DNA of 64,000 nucleotides from a virus. The stretch covers positions 503 to 64,502 of the IMG/VR virus record IMGVR_UViG_3300002461_000841; one strand, written 5' to 3'. Numbering within the stretch: the first letter of the stretch is position 1; the number at the start of each line of letters is the position of its first letter. The translations under genes and the position numbers were made by a program. Below are positions 37,578-47,895 of the stretch, piece after piece. The notes beneath the pieces are model-generated. The model was not told the origin of the DNA. It saw only the letters and a list, made by a program, of their open reading frames with translations, and did no database searches.

Positions 37578-38060
37578 ATGGGTGACGCCAACGTCGTGAA
37601 CCTACAGCGTGCGCTCAACCGCTTTGCGGCGAGCGTTGGTTTCACCCCGATCGCCGCGGATGGCGTGGTGGGCACGCAGACCTTGATCACCACCAAGCGG
37701 GTGCTCACGTACATCGCCGTTGATCTGACCGAGACGGGTGAACCGTTCTCGCAACAGGCGAGCTACTTCGACGCGAAGACGACCACGAGCACGACGGTGC
37801 TCGCGGTGAGCTCCGCCCAGCTCGCGGCCTTCTTGAACCAGGTCGCAACGGCTTGGGCGCTGCCCGTCACGGGACCGGGCATGATCATCCCGGGTGCTGG
37901 CGGGGGTACTGTCATCGGCACCAAGCCGGGCCTCGCGACGTCGCTTGTCGGGGGCTGGTACAAGCTCGCCGCGTGGCAGAAGGTCGGCGCGGTGTTGCTC
38001 GCGATCATCGCGGCCTTGTGGGGCGCCAAGCAGTGGAAGGCCCGTAAGGGGGGCGTGTAA
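37578..38060 (+). CDS. Peptidoglycan-binding-domain protein with C-terminal anchor
   Basis: VVNLQRALN...IAADGVVGTQT; TGaTAGGGT 8 nt before ATG. Confidence 0.65.
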   Translation: MGDANVVNLQRALNRFAASVGFTPIAADGVVGTQTLITTKRVLTYIAVDLTETGEPFSQQASYFDAKTTTSTTVLAVSSAQLAAFLNQVATAWALPVTGPGMIIPGAGGGTVIGTKPGLATSLVGGWYKLAAWQKVGAVLLAIIAALWGAKQWKARKGGV

Positions 38061-38599
38061 TGGCTGAGACAGTCCGTTTTCCGATCATCCGCGCCAGCAT
38101 CGGGCCGGGCAAGACCTTGCCCTCCGAGGACGATCAGGTTCTCGTGCTCGTCAGCGCGCAGGATTCCTTTCCCCAGGGCGGCGGCAACAACTTCGTGGCG
38201 CTCGCGCCATGGAAGCAGATCGCGGCGGGCTCCGAGACGCCATACACCGATGTCGTGATCGAGTTCATGTACGCGGGCCCCGGTACGCCGAGCTCGTTCC
38301 AGATCGGCGATGGAACTGCCACGACGGCGCTCGGGCTGTTCGGCGAGATCACGGTCCCCTTCAAGGGTGCTACCGCGCCGCAGCGCTTTCTGTTGGGCCG
38401 GCTCGGCCTCAATCAGGGCACGGTCGCCCCGACGATTCCGATCATCTCTTCGACGGTCGGATTCGCGCAGGAGGTGTGCAGCGTCGCCGTGTACGACAAG
38501 CTCGCCATTGGCGGCATCAACACCGTCGTGAGCGTCACCGAGTCGTACCCGATCACGGTACGTGCACGTCCGATTCGTCGTCGGTACTACGGAGGCTAA
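38060..38599 (+). CDS. Beta-rich putative virion protein
   Basis: TAATG coupling; precedes spike genes. Confidence 0.55.
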   Translation: MAETVRFPIIRASIGPGKTLPSEDDQVLVLVSAQDSFPQGGGNNFVALAPWKQIAAGSETPYTDVVIEFMYAGPGTPSSFQIGDGTATTALGLFGEITVPFKGATAPQRFLLGRLGLNQGTVAPTIPIISSTVGFAQEVCSVAVYDKLAIGGINTVVSVTESYPITVRARPIRRRYYGG

Positions 38600-38602
38600 G
38601 CC

Positions 38603-40579
38603 ATGAGCAAGTGCAACGGCTTCGTACCCGGTGGGGGCGGCGGCGATGGTGGTGGTCCGTCCATCCAGACGATCTCCGCCGGAACGACGGTGGCGACCGG
38701 CCCGTTGGTCGCGTTCGGCAACGCCAACGGCGTGACCTTCGGCGTCAACGGCAACACGGTCACCGCGAGCATCGTCGCGGGCGGTGGTGGTTCCGGGTCC
38801 GGTGTCGGCCTATCGGCCGGCACGACCAACGCGACCGCCGGCGTGGTCGTGTTCTCGAACTCGAACTCGATCTCGTTCGGCCTCAACGGCCAGACGATGA
38901 CGGCGCAGTTCTCGTACACCCAGAGCACGGCGCCGGGTGCGATCGCCGCTGGATCGCAGACCGCAGGCTCGGGCACGGTGGTGCTCGCCAACAGCAACGG
39001 CGTCACCTTCGGGATGTCGGGCAGCTCGCAGGTGACGGCGAGTGTCTCGAGCCTCGTTTACTCGAACTCGAACAACATCACGTTCGGCCTCAACGGGTCG
39101 ACCCTGACGGCGTCGGCGTCCTACTCGAACTCGACCGCCCCCGGGGCCTTCGCCGCCGGCACTCAGACCGCAACGTCAGGCACGGTCGCGCTCGTCAACT
39201 CGAACGGTCTCACGTTCGGGATGTCCGGTAGCTCCCAGGTCACTGGCTCGTTTTCGACGCTGGTTTACTCCAACTCCAACAACGTGACGTTCGGGCTCAA
39301 TGGCTCAACGCTCACCGCTTCGGCATCACAGAGCTCGCTCAGCTTCTCGAACGCCAACGGCGTCACCTTTGGCACCAACGGCTCGACGCTCACTGCCTCG
39401 GTGGCGGCGCAGACCTCGCTCGTGTTCTCGAACTCCAACGGCCTCACCTGGGGCACTAACGGGTCGACGATCACGGGCAGTTTCAGCTCGCTCTCGTTCG
39501 CTAACGCGGGCGGGGTGAGCTTTGGGCTCAACGGCTCGACGCTCACGGCCGCAGCCCCTGCGGCGACGAGCCTCGTGTTCTCGAACTCGAACAACGTCTC
39601 GTTCGGGACCAACGGCAGCACGATCACGGCGACGGCGAGCTTCCCGGCGCAGGTCCCGTTCGGGGTGTCCGCCGGGACACAGAGCGTCAGCACCGGCACG
39701 CTGGTGTTCTCGAACTCGAACGGCGTCACGTTCGGGATGAGCGGATCGTCGCGGATCACGGCCTCGGTCGCGGCGCAGACGGCATTCGTGTTCTCGAACT
39801 CGAACAACGTCTCGTTCGGGACCAACGGCAGCACGGTGACGGCGACGGCCACGTTCTCGCAGTCGACGGCGCCCGCCGCGATCTCGGCGGCAGGGTCAAG
39901 CCGCACGTCGGGCACGATCGTGTTCTCGAACTCGAACAACGTGTCGTTCGGGATGAACGGCGGCACGATCACTGCGACGGCGAGTTTTCCGGGTGGCGGC
40001 GGTGGCGGATTCTCGGGCAGCTACTGGGCCCCTGCTGGGAACTTCCCGAACAACCTCGGGATCACTTGGAACCAGAGCCAGTTCAGCGTGCAGCGGGTGT
40101 CGGCGGGGATGTCGTTGTCCGCGACGCGCATGGATCTGCTCGTCGAATACGGCTCGACGGTGTCTGACGCCACGTTCTCGTATGGGGCCACGCTCTACAC
40201 CATCAACTCGACCGGCGGCTATGCTCAGTCGGTGAGCTCCGCGACTGTGACGGCCGCCCTCGGCGCGGCCACCGGCATCCGCTGGCGCTCGATGCCGCTC
40301 GGGACCTGGAACATCACCCCGGGCGAGTACCTGCTCGGCATCAACGGCGCGTATTCATACGCTGGTACCCAGCCACCGACCTGGATGCACTACGGTGCGC
40401 TCATCCCGCCGCAGATCGAGGGCACGGGCAACGAGCCGTTCCTCGCCAATGGCGTGTTTGCGAACACCCTCAACGTCACGCAGACGGTGAGCGCGATCTC
40501 CACGAATGCGGTGACCAACCAGTTCGCCAGCTATGCCATCGCGCAGCCCTACGTGCGCTTCGTTGGAGCGTCGGCGTAA
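38603..40579 (+). CDS. Spike/fibre protein 1 (about 13 FSNSN.V.FG repeats plus C-terminal head)
   Basis: Repeats counted by eye; head with WRSM.LGTWNITPGEY and QPYVRF. Confidence 0.75.
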   Translation: MSKCNGFVPGGGGGDGGGPSIQTISAGTTVATGPLVAFGNANGVTFGVNGNTVTASIVAGGGGSGSGVGLSAGTTNATAGVVVFSNSNSISFGLNGQTMTAQFSYTQSTAPGAIAAGSQTAGSGTVVLANSNGVTFGMSGSSQVTASVSSLVYSNSNNITFGLNGSTLTASASYSNSTAPGAFAAGTQTATSGTVALVNSNGLTFGMSGSSQVTGSFSTLVYSNSNNVTFGLNGSTLTASASQSSLSFSNANGVTFGTNGSTLTASVAAQTSLVFSNSNGLTWGTNGSTITGSFSSLSFANAGGVSFGLNGSTLTAAAPAATSLVFSNSNNVSFGTNGSTITATASFPAQVPFGVSAGTQSVSTGTLVFSNSNGVTFGMSGSSRITASVAAQTAFVFSNSNNVSFGTNGSTVTATATFSQSTAPAAISAAGSSRTSGTIVFSNSNNVSFGMNGGTITATASFPGGGGGGFSGSYWAPAGNFPNNLGITWNQSQFSVQRVSAGMSLSATRMDLLVEYGSTVSDATFSYGATLYTINSTGGYAQSVSSATVTAALGAATGIRWRSMPLGTWNITPGEYLLGINGAYSYAGTQPPTWMHYGALIPPQIEGTGNEPFLANGVFANTLNVTQTVSAISTNAVTNQFASYAIAQPYVRFVGASA

Positions 40580-40582
40580 CTC

Positions 40583-41881
40583 ATGGCGGATACGCAGCCC
40601 ATCGCGTTTGGTTCTTACCAGGCCTCGAGCATGCGCCTGGGCGGTGCGAACCCGTACCCGCAGGGGTCGATCTCGGCGGCTATCGTCGAGCTTGGCAACT
40701 CGGTCGTCTCGTCGATCACGTCGATGGGGACGGACACGAAGTACGTCGAGCTGATCTTGAACAACCGGGGCCCCAACACCGGCGGCGCCGGCAATGGGCT
40801 CACCCTCGTCGGCGGCCTTGCCGGATACCGCATCAACTTCCCAGGCACTGTGGATGCCGGGACCGCCGGCGTGCAGGGCACGCTGGGGATGATCAGCGGG
40901 GTCTCGTGGAACAGCGGATCCCCCGTGGTGTTCTCGAACGGCCTCATGTTCTTCGACAACGCCAACGGGGTGACGTTCGGCGGGTCTGTCAGCGGGCAGA
41001 GCATGACGATCACGGGCTCTGTCGTGGGCGGCGGGTACGCGCTACAAGCCGGCACCCAGAACGCCTCGAGCGGCACCGTGCGCTTCGAGAACTCGAACGG
41101 CGTCACGTTCGGAATGAGTGGCAACAGCCGGGTGACGGCGTCGGTGGCTGGCGTGTCGGCGGTGTCGGCGGGCACCAACGTGATCAGCAACGGCACCGCG
41201 GTGTTCTCGAACTCGAACGGTGTCAGCTTCGGCGTCAGCGGCTCGACGGTTACTGCGCAGCTCGTTCCGGCGCGTTACTGGGACGTGAACACGCCCATCA
41301 CGTCGATGGCGTTCCGCCCGCTGTCATTCGGCTCGGTCACCCTGCAACGCGTGCAGATCCCACGCATGTCCGCAACGCGGATGGAGCTCGCGGCCGAACT
41401 ACGCCAGGTCGGTAACGACGCCATCACGCTCGCCCTGGGGGCCGGGCTCTACGGCATCTCGGGATCGACGATCACGTTGCTCTCTACGGCCTCGGTTGGG
41501 CTCAACCTCACGCGGGTGTCGCTGTCGACCTCGAATCCGCTCATCATCGAGAACCAGACCGGGTACCGTTGGCGATCGATTCCGCTCGGGACGTGGAGCA
41601 TCACACCGGGCGAGTACATGCTCGCGTTGGCGTACAACTACACGAACAGCGGCGGCTTCGCGATCTCCTTCGATCCTTGGGGCAACGTGGTTTCGCAGGC
41701 GATCTACGCCCCCGGTGATACGACGGTCAACTACTCTGCCTACTTCGCCAACGGGATCTTGGGCAGCACGCTTGCCGATGTGACCGCCTTTCCGAGCTCG
41801 TTGCAGCTTTCGCAGATCAACCAGACCGTGGCTGAGGCGCAGAACTCGCCGTACTTGCGTCTCGTCGGTACCGGAGGTTAA
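40583..41881 (+). CDS. Spike/fibre protein 2 (about 3 repeats plus head)
   Basis: MADTQP start; WRSIPLGTWSITPGEY; SPYLRL. Confidence 0.7.
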   Translation: MADTQPIAFGSYQASSMRLGGANPYPQGSISAAIVELGNSVVSSITSMGTDTKYVELILNNRGPNTGGAGNGLTLVGGLAGYRINFPGTVDAGTAGVQGTLGMISGVSWNSGSPVVFSNGLMFFDNANGVTFGGSVSGQSMTITGSVVGGGYALQAGTQNASSGTVRFENSNGVTFGMSGNSRVTASVAGVSAVSAGTNVISNGTAVFSNSNGVSFGVSGSTVTAQLVPARYWDVNTPITSMAFRPLSFGSVTLQRVQIPRMSATRMELAAELRQVGNDAITLALGAGLYGISGSTITLLSTASVGLNLTRVSLSTSNPLIIENQTGYRWRSIPLGTWSITPGEYMLALAYNYTNSGGFAISFDPWGNVVSQAIYAPGDTTVNYSAYFANGILGSTLADVTAFPSSLQLSQINQTVAEAQNSPYLRLVGTGG

Positions 41882-41883
41882 CC

Positions 41884-43245
41884 GTGGACACGCAGCCGAT
41901 TGTCCGGGGCTCGTATGGATCCTCCAACGCGCGCCTAGGAGGCGCGAACCCATACCCGCAGGGGTCGGTGATCGATGCGATCGTCGAGCTTGGCAACTCG
42001 GTCGTCTCGTCGATCACGTCGATGGGGACGGATACGAAGTACGTCGAGCTGCGGCTCAACAATCGTGGGCCCAACACCGGCGGCGCCGGCAACGGCTTGA
42101 CGCTGGTGGGCGGGCTCGCCGGCTACCGCATCAACTTCCCGGGCACCGCTGACGCTGGTACGGCGGGGGTTCAGGGCACGCTGGGGATGATCAGCGGGGT
42201 CTCGTGGAACAGCGGATCCCCCGTGGTGTTCTCGAACGGCCTCATGATGCTGTCGAACGGCAACGGCATCACGTTCGGCGGCTCGATCGATGGCAACTCG
42301 TTGTCCCTGACGGGGTCTTCAGCCGGCGTCAAGGCGCTCGCTGCTGGCACCCAGACCGCAACCTCTGGCACCGTCGTGTTCTCGAACTCGAACGGCGTCA
42401 CGTTCGGGATGTCGGGCAGCTCTCAGGTCACCGCCAACTGGGGTGGAGTCAAGAGCGTCGCCGCTGGCGGCTCGACGATCCCGGCGACCGTTGTGCTTGG
42501 TAGCGCCGACGTCAACTTCGGGATCGCTGGGGTGACGGTCACGGCTGCGCCATTTCGTGTGTCCATGTCGGCCAACAGTGACTCCCCAATCCACCCGGAA
42601 GGCCGGGCGGCGATCACGCAGCAACCTGGGGTTGGTGGATCCTCGTCGTACTACGCCAGCTTTCAGCGCCTATCGTTCGCTAATGCGCTCTCGGCGACGC
42701 GCTTCGATATCGTGGCCCGGATGTTCGGGACGGCTAGCACCGCGAGCTCGATCCAGACACGCTACCCGGGCGGGTCGATCACGATCGTGGCAGCGATCTA
42801 CACGATCAACAACTCGACGATCGGGTCTGTCAGTTCAGCGTCAACGCAGATCAGTTGGGAGCGGCAGTTCACTGACGAGTTCGTCGGTACTGAGTGGTAC
42901 CGGGGGCAAAGTGGGTGGCGATGGCGTTCGATGTCGCTTGCGGATGGCGGTTGGAACGTCACCCCCGGTGAGTACATGGTGCGCATGCACATGTCGATGG
43001 GGGCCCTGCAGTCCGCCGACGACTTCATCTATTTCGAGGTCCCGGCGGCGTACTACAACGGTGGGCCCGGGGTCCCGATCCTGCCTCCGGGGGTATCGAC
43101 CATACAGACGTTGCCGTACTTCGCGAACGGCGTGTACTCGGCGACGGTCAACGTCAACCCGACGACGCTGGGCACGGTACATGTCTCCGAGATCCAATCG
43201 AATAGCGTCGCGCAGCCGTACTTTAGGCTGATCGGTAGCGCTTAG
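41884..43245 (+). CDS. Spike/fibre protein 3 (2-3 repeats plus head)
   Basis: N-terminal ~120 aa nearly identical to spike 2; WNVTPGEY; QPYFRL. Confidence 0.7.
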   Translation: MDTQPIVRGSYGSSNARLGGANPYPQGSVIDAIVELGNSVVSSITSMGTDTKYVELRLNNRGPNTGGAGNGLTLVGGLAGYRINFPGTADAGTAGVQGTLGMISGVSWNSGSPVVFSNGLMMLSNGNGITFGGSIDGNSLSLTGSSAGVKALAAGTQTATSGTVVFSNSNGVTFGMSGSSQVTANWGGVKSVAAGGSTIPATVVLGSADVNFGIAGVTVTAAPFRVSMSANSDSPIHPEGRAAITQQPGVGGSSSYYASFQRLSFANALSATRFDIVARMFGTASTASSIQTRYPGGSITIVAAIYTINNSTIGSVSSASTQISWERQFTDEFVGTEWYRGQSGWRWRSMSLADGGWNVTPGEYMVRMHMSMGALQSADDFIYFEVPAAYYNGGPGVPILPPGVSTIQTLPYFANGVYSATVNVNPTTLGTVHVSEIQSNSVAQPYFRLIGSA

Positions 43246-43261
43246 ATTAGAGTAGGGGTCG

Positions 43262-46200
43262 ATGGCCGACACTCAGCCTCAAGTAACGGGCAGCTACGCG
43301 TCCGTTCAAGACGGCACGTCAACGCTCGGGATCCAGCGGCTCGTGGTCGGGCGTTCGGACGACGCGGGCGGGCACACGATTCAGTTCGGCCAGAGCACGA
43401 ATCCGCTCGAGTTGCACGCCCCGACGGGGCCGTACACGTTGACGTTGCCGCAGGGCAACGGGCGCCTGGGCCTTGTCTCGGCGATCGTCGTCAGCGATCA
43501 GACCTTCACCAACGGACAGGTTGCCTTCGGGGTCAGCAACGGCCTCACGTGGGGCATCTCCACTGACGGCAGCTCGGCCACCATCACCGGATCGATCCCG
43601 CTCTACTCGAGCGTCAGTTTCGCCAACGCGAACAATGTGACGTTCGGGCTCGCGGGCTCGACGCTCACTGCTAGCGCCAGCTACAGCCAGTCGACGGGGC
43701 CGGGGGCCATCAGCGCGGATGGGGGCGCGATCACGAGCGGCACCGTGTTGTTCTCGAACTCCAACGGGGTCTCGTTCGGGGTAGCCGGCCAGACGGTCAC
43801 CGCCAGCGTGGCGGCGCAATCGGTGGCCCCGGGGGCACTCGCCGCCGGCACGCAGACGGCCACCAGTGGCACCGTCGTGTTCTCGAACTCGAACGGCGTC
43901 ACGTTCGGGATGTCGGGGAGCTCGCAGATCACCGCCAGCTATAGCCAGAGCACGGCCCCGTCAGCGGTTGGGGCCGGGGTATCTAACATCACAAGCGGTT
44001 CGGTCTACTTCTCGAACTCGAACAACGTCACCTTCGGCGCCAACGGGCAGCGCATCACTGCCTCGGCCAGCTTCGCCCAATCGACCGCCCCCGGCGCGAT
44101 CGCGGCTGGAACCCAGACCGCCACGAGCGGAACCGTCGTGTTCTCGAACTCGAACAACATCACGTTCGGGATGTCGGGGTCGTCGCGCATCACTGCGAGC
44201 GCGAGCTTTCCCGCGGAAACCCCGTTCGGGGTGTCGGCTGGTACCCAGAGCGTCTCGACGGGAACGCTCGTGTTCTCGAACTCGAACGGCGTCACGTTCG
44301 GGATGTCGGGCAGCTCCCAGGTCACTGCGAGTGTGAGCTCGGTGGTGTTCTCGAACTCGAACAACATCACGTTCGGCCTCAACGCGTCGACGCTAACGGC
44401 ATCGGCAAGTTACAGCCAGAGCACGGCTCCCGGCGCGTTCGCTGCCGGCACGCAGACGGCCACGAGCGGTACGATCGTCCTCGCGAACTCGAACGGGCTC
44501 ACGTTCGGGATGAGCGGATCGTCGCAGATCACGGGCAGCTACAGCCAGTCGACGGCGCCCAGCGCGATCGGTGTGGCGGCCTCGACGGCCTCGAGCGGCA
44601 CGGTCGTCTTCGGTGACGCGAACAACCTGACGTTCGGCATGGTGGGCAACACCGTCACCGCGTCGGCGAGCTTCCCTGCACAGAGCACCGCCCCCGCGGC
44701 CATCTCCGCCGCTGGTAGCTCGGTCTCGAGCGGCACCGTCGTCTGGTCCAACAGCAACAACGTCTCGTTCGGAATGAACGGGAACACGATCACGGCAACG
44801 GCCACGTTCGCGGGGGGCGGTATCGCTGCCGCAGCCGGCACCCAAACCGCCACGAGCGGGACCGTTGTCCTTGCGAACAGCAACGGCTTGACGTTCGGGA
44901 TGTCGGGCAGCTCCCAGGTCACGGGTTCGTTTTCTACCGTCGTGTTCTCGAACTCGAACAACGTCACGCTCGGCTACAACGCCGGCACGCTGACTGCGTC
45001 GGCGAGCTTTCCCGCGGAAACCCCGTTCGGGGTCTCGGCAGGCACGCAGAGTGTCAGCACGGGAACGCTCGTGTTCTCGAACTCGAACGGCGTCACGTTC
45101 GGGATGTCTGGTTCAAGCCGCGTTACCGCGAGCGTCAGCTCGGCGACCTTCTCGAACTCGAACAACGTCACGTTCGGCGTCAACGCGGGGACGGTGACCG
45201 CCAGCGCCAGTTTCAGCCAGAGCACGGCGCCGAGCGCGATCTCGGCGGCTGGCGCCTCGGCCTCGAGCGGCACGGTGGTGTTCTCGAACTCGAACAACGT
45301 CTCGTTCGGGATGAACGGGAACACGATCACCGCGACGGTCACCACGCCGAGCCAGGTCCCGTTCGGGGTGTCTGCCGGGACGCAATCGGTCTCGACGGGG
45401 ACCCTCGTGTTCTCGAACAGCAACGGGGTCACGTTCGGGATGAGCGGATCGAGCCGCGTGACGGCGTCGGTCTCGAGCGTCGTGTTCTCGAACTCGAACA
45501 ACATCACGTTCGGGCTCAATGCGGGCACCCTCACCGCAACGGCCACGTTCTCGCAATCGACGGCCCCCGCGGCGATCAGCGCTGCCGGCAGTTCGGTCTC
45601 AAGCGGCACCGTGGTGTGGAGCAACGCCAACAACGTCTCGTTCGGCATGAACGGCAATACGATCACCGCCACGGCGACCTTCGCCGGGGGCGGGGGCGTC
45701 GCCGCCGCCGCTGGGACGCAGACGGCAACGTCGGGAACGGTCGCCTTCGCGGACAGTAACGGCCTGTCGTTCGGCATGTCGAACAGCTCGCAGATCACCG
45801 CGAGCTTCGAGGCCATCAAATCGGTTGTCGCCGGTACACAGACCGCGGTCGGACCCCAACTCAGCTTCAACAATAGTTGGGGCGTGCTGTTCGGGATGGT
45901 GAACAGCGCCAGCATCACGGCGCGGCTGCAGTTCGACAACGCGTTCGCGGCTGGCGGCAACGTCCAGTTCGGGGTGACCAACAGCTCGATTTGGGGCTCG
46001 GCGCCGGCGCCGATCACGCTCTCGGCGGGGACCAACGTCATCGCGGTAGGCACTGCCGTGTTCTCGAACTCCAACGGGGTCAGCTTCGGCATCAACGGCA
46101 ACACGATCACCGCAAGCGTCGCGCCTGGCGGTGGTGGCGGCGTCGCGGTGTCCGCCGCCGGCAGCTCGGCATCGACTAACACCATCGTGTGGTCGAACTT

Positions 46201-47317
46201 CAACAATGTCTCGTTCGGGATGAACGGGGACACGATCACCGCCACGGCCACGTTCGCGCAGTCGACAAACCTTGCCGCGCTCGCCGCGGCTGGCGGCACG
46301 ATCACGACCGGGACCGCGAGCTTCTCAAACGCCAACGGCGTGAGCTTCGGCGTGAACGGCCAGACCGTCACCGCCTCGGTGGCGGCACAGACGGCGTTCC
46401 AGTTGTCGAACAGCAACGGGATCTCGTTCGGCACGAACGTCTCTACCGTCACCGCGACCTTCGCGGGGATCAAGAGCGTCTCGGGCGGCACCACCCAGGT
46501 CACCAACGGCGAGCTCGTGCTCTCCAACGCCAACGGAGTGACCTTCGGCGTCAACGGCAACACCGTCACCGCCTCGGTCGCCGCCGGCGGTGGCGGTGGG
46601 GTTGCAATCTCCGCCGGCACCCAGACCGCGACGTCGGGCACGGTCGTGTTCTCGAACTCCAACGGCGTCTCCTTCGGTCTGAACGGCCAGACCGTCACCG
46701 CCGCCGTTGGCAAGGTCGCGAACATCAGCTACTTCACGGCACACAACTTCCTCAGCGCATCGGGCGCGGCCGTGGTCACCACCTCCGGCAATCTCAGCCT
46801 GCAGCGCATCGTCGTGAACGCACCGCTACCGGCCACGCGCCTCGAGATATTTGCCAGCCACACGGTGAACGGCAGCCAGGCCGGCTCATACACGATGCGC
46901 GCCGCGCTCTACTCCATGGCGGGCACGTACATCACGCAGCTGTCCAGCAACTCGCAGTCGTACACCTTCGGTACGGGGTCGACCAACTCGTTCTCGGTGT
47001 ACGGCGGCCACTCTGGCATCCGCTCGCGCAGCATGTCCGTGAGTTGGTCGATCGAGCCGGGCGAGTACATGCTCGCCCTGATGATCTCGAACTCCAACCC
47101 GGCTGGCACGACGGGCTCGTGGACTGTGTATGGCAAGTCGGTGCTCGCGCAGTTGGCGCCTATCGGCACGAATGGAACGAGTAACCAGGTCTGGAAGGAC
47201 TGCGTCTATACGGCGTCGGCTTCGAGCTTCATGGACAGCATCCAACTGGTCCAGGTGCAACAGTCCGTCACTGGTGCCCTGCGCCAGCCCTACGTCGAGC
47301 TGGCCGGCACGTTCTAA
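43262..47317 (+). CDS. Spike/fibre protein 4 (about 28 repeats plus head)
   Basis: MADTQP start; long S/T/G/A/N repeat shaft; WSIEPGEY; QPYVEL. Confidence 0.8.
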   Translation: MADTQPQVTGSYASVQDGTSTLGIQRLVVGRSDDAGGHTIQFGQSTNPLELHAPTGPYTLTLPQGNGRLGLVSAIVVSDQTFTNGQVAFGVSNGLTWGISTDGSSATITGSIPLYSSVSFANANNVTFGLAGSTLTASASYSQSTGPGAISADGGAITSGTVLFSNSNGVSFGVAGQTVTASVAAQSVAPGALAAGTQTATSGTVVFSNSNGVTFGMSGSSQITASYSQSTAPSAVGAGVSNITSGSVYFSNSNNVTFGANGQRITASASFAQSTAPGAIAAGTQTATSGTVVFSNSNNITFGMSGSSRITASASFPAETPFGVSAGTQSVSTGTLVFSNSNGVTFGMSGSSQVTASVSSVVFSNSNNITFGLNASTLTASASYSQSTAPGAFAAGTQTATSGTIVLANSNGLTFGMSGSSQITGSYSQSTAPSAIGVAASTASSGTVVFGDANNLTFGMVGNTVTASASFPAQSTAPAAISAAGSSVSSGTVVWSNSNNVSFGMNGNTITATATFAGGGIAAAAGTQTATSGTVVLANSNGLTFGMSGSSQVTGSFSTVVFSNSNNVTLGYNAGTLTASASFPAETPFGVSAGTQSVSTGTLVFSNSNGVTFGMSGSSRVTASVSSATFSNSNNVTFGVNAGTVTASASFSQSTAPSAISAAGASASSGTVVFSNSNNVSFGMNGNTITATVTTPSQVPFGVSAGTQSVSTGTLVFSNSNGVTFGMSGSSRVTASVSSVVFSNSNNITFGLNAGTLTATATFSQSTAPAAISAAGSSVSSGTVVWSNANNVSFGMNGNTITATATFAGGGGVAAAAGTQTATSGTVAFADSNGLSFGMSNSSQITASFEAIKSVVAGTQTAVGPQLSFNNSWGVLFGMVNSASITARLQFDNAFAAGGNVQFGVTNSSIWGSAPAPITLSAGTNVIAVGTAVFSNSNGVSFGINGNTITASVAPGGGGGVAVSAAGSSASTNTIVWSNFNNVSFGMNGDTITATATFAQSTNLAALAAAGGTITTGTASFSNANGVSFGVNGQTVTASVAAQTAFQLSNSNGISFGTNVSTVTATFAGIKSVSGGTTQVTNGELVLSNANGVTFGVNGNTVTASVAAGGGGGVAISAGTQTATSGTVVFSNSNGVSFGLNGQTVTAAVGKVANISYFTAHNFLSASGAAVVTTSGNLSLQRIVVNAPLPATRLEIFASHTVNGSQAGSYTMRAALYSMAGTYITQLSSNSQSYTFGTGSTNSFSVYGGHSGIRSRSMSVSWSIEPGEYMLALMISNSNPAGTTGSWTVYGKSVLAQLAPIGTNGTSNQVWKDCVYTASASSFMDSIQLVQVQQSVTGALRQPYVELAGTF

Positions 47318-47895
47318 GGCTTCACGGCTTGGAGCTTGGCCTCCCAGTCGCTGATCTGGTTGATCTGGTGGGTCATCTTGAGCCGTGCCGCGTCGGGGTG
47401 CAGGAGCGTCAGATCCTGGCTGACCATCGGGTTCGCGCCGCCGATGAAGTTGCACCGCACGTTGTAGTGATCGAGCATGTTGCCCTTGCGGAACTCGGGG
47501 TTCAGGTACGCGAACGTCTCGGCGACGATGTAGCGCGTGTGGGTCGGGTCCTGAAAGCCGCGGTTCGAGAACGCGTTGGGGACGACGATCGTCATCCAGG
47601 CCCCGGGGGCCATGATGCGCCAGCACTCGTCGAAGAACGCGAAGAACGGGTTCTGCCCGTTGACGAGTGGGTACTGCGGGATGTGCTCGATGTAGTGGGA
47701 GCAGTAGAGCTCGGCGACGCTCGAGTCCGGGATCGGGGCGCCATCGACCTGCCACGGGAACTGGTTCAGGTCCCACACGTGCTGGGCCTTCTCGTAGATG
47801 TCGATGCCCTCGAAACCCTCGCGCGGGCGTTGGCCGCAGGCGAGATCGAAGCGGCGAGTAGCGGTGGGCTGAGCGATGATCGGGGGCGTCGTCAT
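47314..47895 (-). CDS. Class I SAM-dependent methyltransferase (type 11-like)
   Basis: DLACG motif I; SHYIEH; ECWRIM.PG; DPTH. Confidence 0.75.
   Translation of the reverse strand: MTTPPIIAQPTATRRFDLACGQRPREGFEGIDIYEKAQHVWDLNQFPWQVDGAPIPDSSVAELYCSHYIEHIPQYPLVNGQNPFFAFFDECWRIMAPGAWMTIVVPNAFSNRGFQDPTHTRYIVAETFAYLNPEFRKGNMLDHYNVRCNFIGGANPMVSQDLTLLHPDAARLKMTHQINQISDWEAKLQAVKP

Noticed and set aside
40640-42246. Template/variable repeat pair of a diversity-generating retroelement
   Set aside because: Differences are not adenine-specific, both copies are 5' coding regions, and no reverse transcriptase is present
38603-47317. Dense short DNA repeats (ttctcgaactcgaac...) as a CRISPR array
   Set aside because: They lie in frame inside long ORFs, vary synonymously, and have no unique spacers or cas genes
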